The translations under genes and the position numbers were made by a program. The notes beneath the pieces were generated by a model. The model worked only from the letters and a program-made list of their open reading frames with translations. It had not been told where the DNA came from and ran no database searches. DNA of 64,000 nucleotides, from positions 302,374,001-302,438,000 of the forward strand of contig OZ024741.1 in assembly GCA_964016885.1 (NCBI GenBank), read 5' to 3'. The DNA comes from Eledone cirrhosa (Eukaryota). This document shows, in pieces, positions 63,425 through 64,000 of this stretch. Position 1 is the stretch's first letter. Each line of letters opens with the position of its first letter.

Positions 63425-64000
63425 TAAGAACATAGATTTTACATGTGGACGGTGTTCTGGTGCAATAAGTAGCAGCAAGTGCCCACAAAATACTAGCTCT
63501 TTCAATTGCGCAGAGGGTTCTATAGAAATAGTGGACAGCTTCCGTTACCTGGGCGATAAAATCAGCAGTGGGGGAGGGTGCTCTGAAAGTACTGTAGCTA
63601 GAGTTAGAACTGGTTGGAAAAAGTTCAGAGAGCTTATACCACTATTAGCTGCTAAAGGGTTCTCCCTAAAAATGAAAGGCAGGTTGTACGATGCCTGCAT
63701 ACGAACAGCAATGTTGCATGGCAGTGAGACCTGGGCTTTGTGTGCAGAGGATATATGCAGACTAGAGAGGAACGAAGCTTGCATGCTCCGCTGGATGTGT
63801 AACAGTAATATACGTGAACGGCAAAGCATAAACGAACTAAGGAAAAAATTAGAGATAAGAGGGATCAGATGTTGTTTACTCGAGAGAAGGCTACGTTGGT
63901 ATGGACACGTGATGCGCATGAAAGTCGATAGCTGTATAACAAAGTGCAGGGCAATAAAGATAGACGGTAGTCACGGAATAGGCAGACCTAGAAAAACCTG
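63425..64000 (+). mobile_element. 5'-truncated RTE LINE running off the window end, near-identical to the 11161-12822 copy
   Basis: Antisense-frame translations 11618-12118 and 63545-63919 differ at 5 of 124 aligned residues. Confidence 0.95.

Overview
Eukaryotic, AT-rich, intron-dense genomic DNA. The repeat landscape (tRNA-derived SINEs, RTE LINEs with (GAT)n tails, microsatellites) suggests a coleoid cephalopod, probably an octopus; this is an inference. Three protein-coding genes lie on the + strand and were rebuilt by hand from GT-AG junctions with consistent reading phase. (1) The 3' part of a KDM4/JMJD2 histone demethylase: 9 exons, 1140-15270, PHD-Zn knuckle-PHD plus double Tudor. (2) A complete NOL10/Enp2 nucleolar WD40 gene: 19 exons, 25263-54176, 708 aa. 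(3) The first coding exon of ATPSCKMT/FAM173B at 61552-61815. Introns and intergenic DNA hold young RTE LINEs with a C4HC3 PHD-like finger inside the reverse transcriptase, two CRE-like (restriction-like endonuclease) retrotransposons, a CR1-like LINE nested in a non-autonomous Helitron that also carries a perfect 66-bp palindrome, an internally deleted L1/Tx1 element just upstream of ATPSCKMT, piggyBac-, pogo/Tigger- and Harbinger-type MITEs, and a minisatellite with a 130-bp higher-order repeat. I found no CRISPR array, rRNA or true tRNA gene, and no clearly new biological system. The findings are mostly transposon-architecture leads. All family assignments come from recalled motifs, not database searches.
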